Position numbers and translations under genes: made by a program. DNA of 64,000 bases from Squalus acanthias (taxonomy: Eukaryota), in NCBI GenBank assembly GCA_030390025.1, contig CM059431.1:112160001-112224000 (forward strand), given 5' to 3'. Numbering within the stretch: the first letter of the stretch is position 1; the number at the start of each line of letters is the position of its first letter. Shown here one piece after another: positions 63,981 through 64,000 of the stretch. The notes beneath the pieces are model-generated. The model saw only the letters and a list, made by a program, of their open reading frames with translations. It made no database searches and was not told where the DNA came from.

Positions 63981-64000
63981 GGCGGGGCGCTTCCAGTAGC

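Noticed and set aside
63107..63981. Cluster of Arg/Gly/Pro-rich ORFs
   Set aside because: Spurious frames in a GC-rich MITE

Overview
Eukaryotic (vertebrate) genomic DNA, most likely from a cartilaginous fish (shark). This is inferred from HER1/HE1-type CR1 tails, Deu-domain SINEs and the LINE mix. No host protein-coding gene, rRNA, tRNA gene or CRISPR array is recognisable; the window looks intronic or intergenic and is dominated by transposable elements. DNA transposons: four PIF/Harbinger copies (DDE transposase on +, convergent spliced Myb/SANT gene on -; one keeps both TIRs and a GTA duplication, one keeps only its SANT half), many Harbinger-type MITEs, and one apparently intact pogo/Tigger element (DD32D, 588 aa, TA duplication). 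Retroelements: CR1, L2, Zenon-like and RTE LINEs, SINEs, Penelope-like termini with minimal hammerhead ribozyme motifs, and an old Ty3/Gypsy element broken up by younger insertions. Most notable: three different MITEs stacked in one TTA target, the hammerhead motifs and a TSD-flanked perfect hairpin, a 37-bp minisatellite with a 337-bp higher-order period inside a transposon intron, and several templated inversions. Family names come from motif recognition by eye, not database searches; ends of degenerate elements are approximate.
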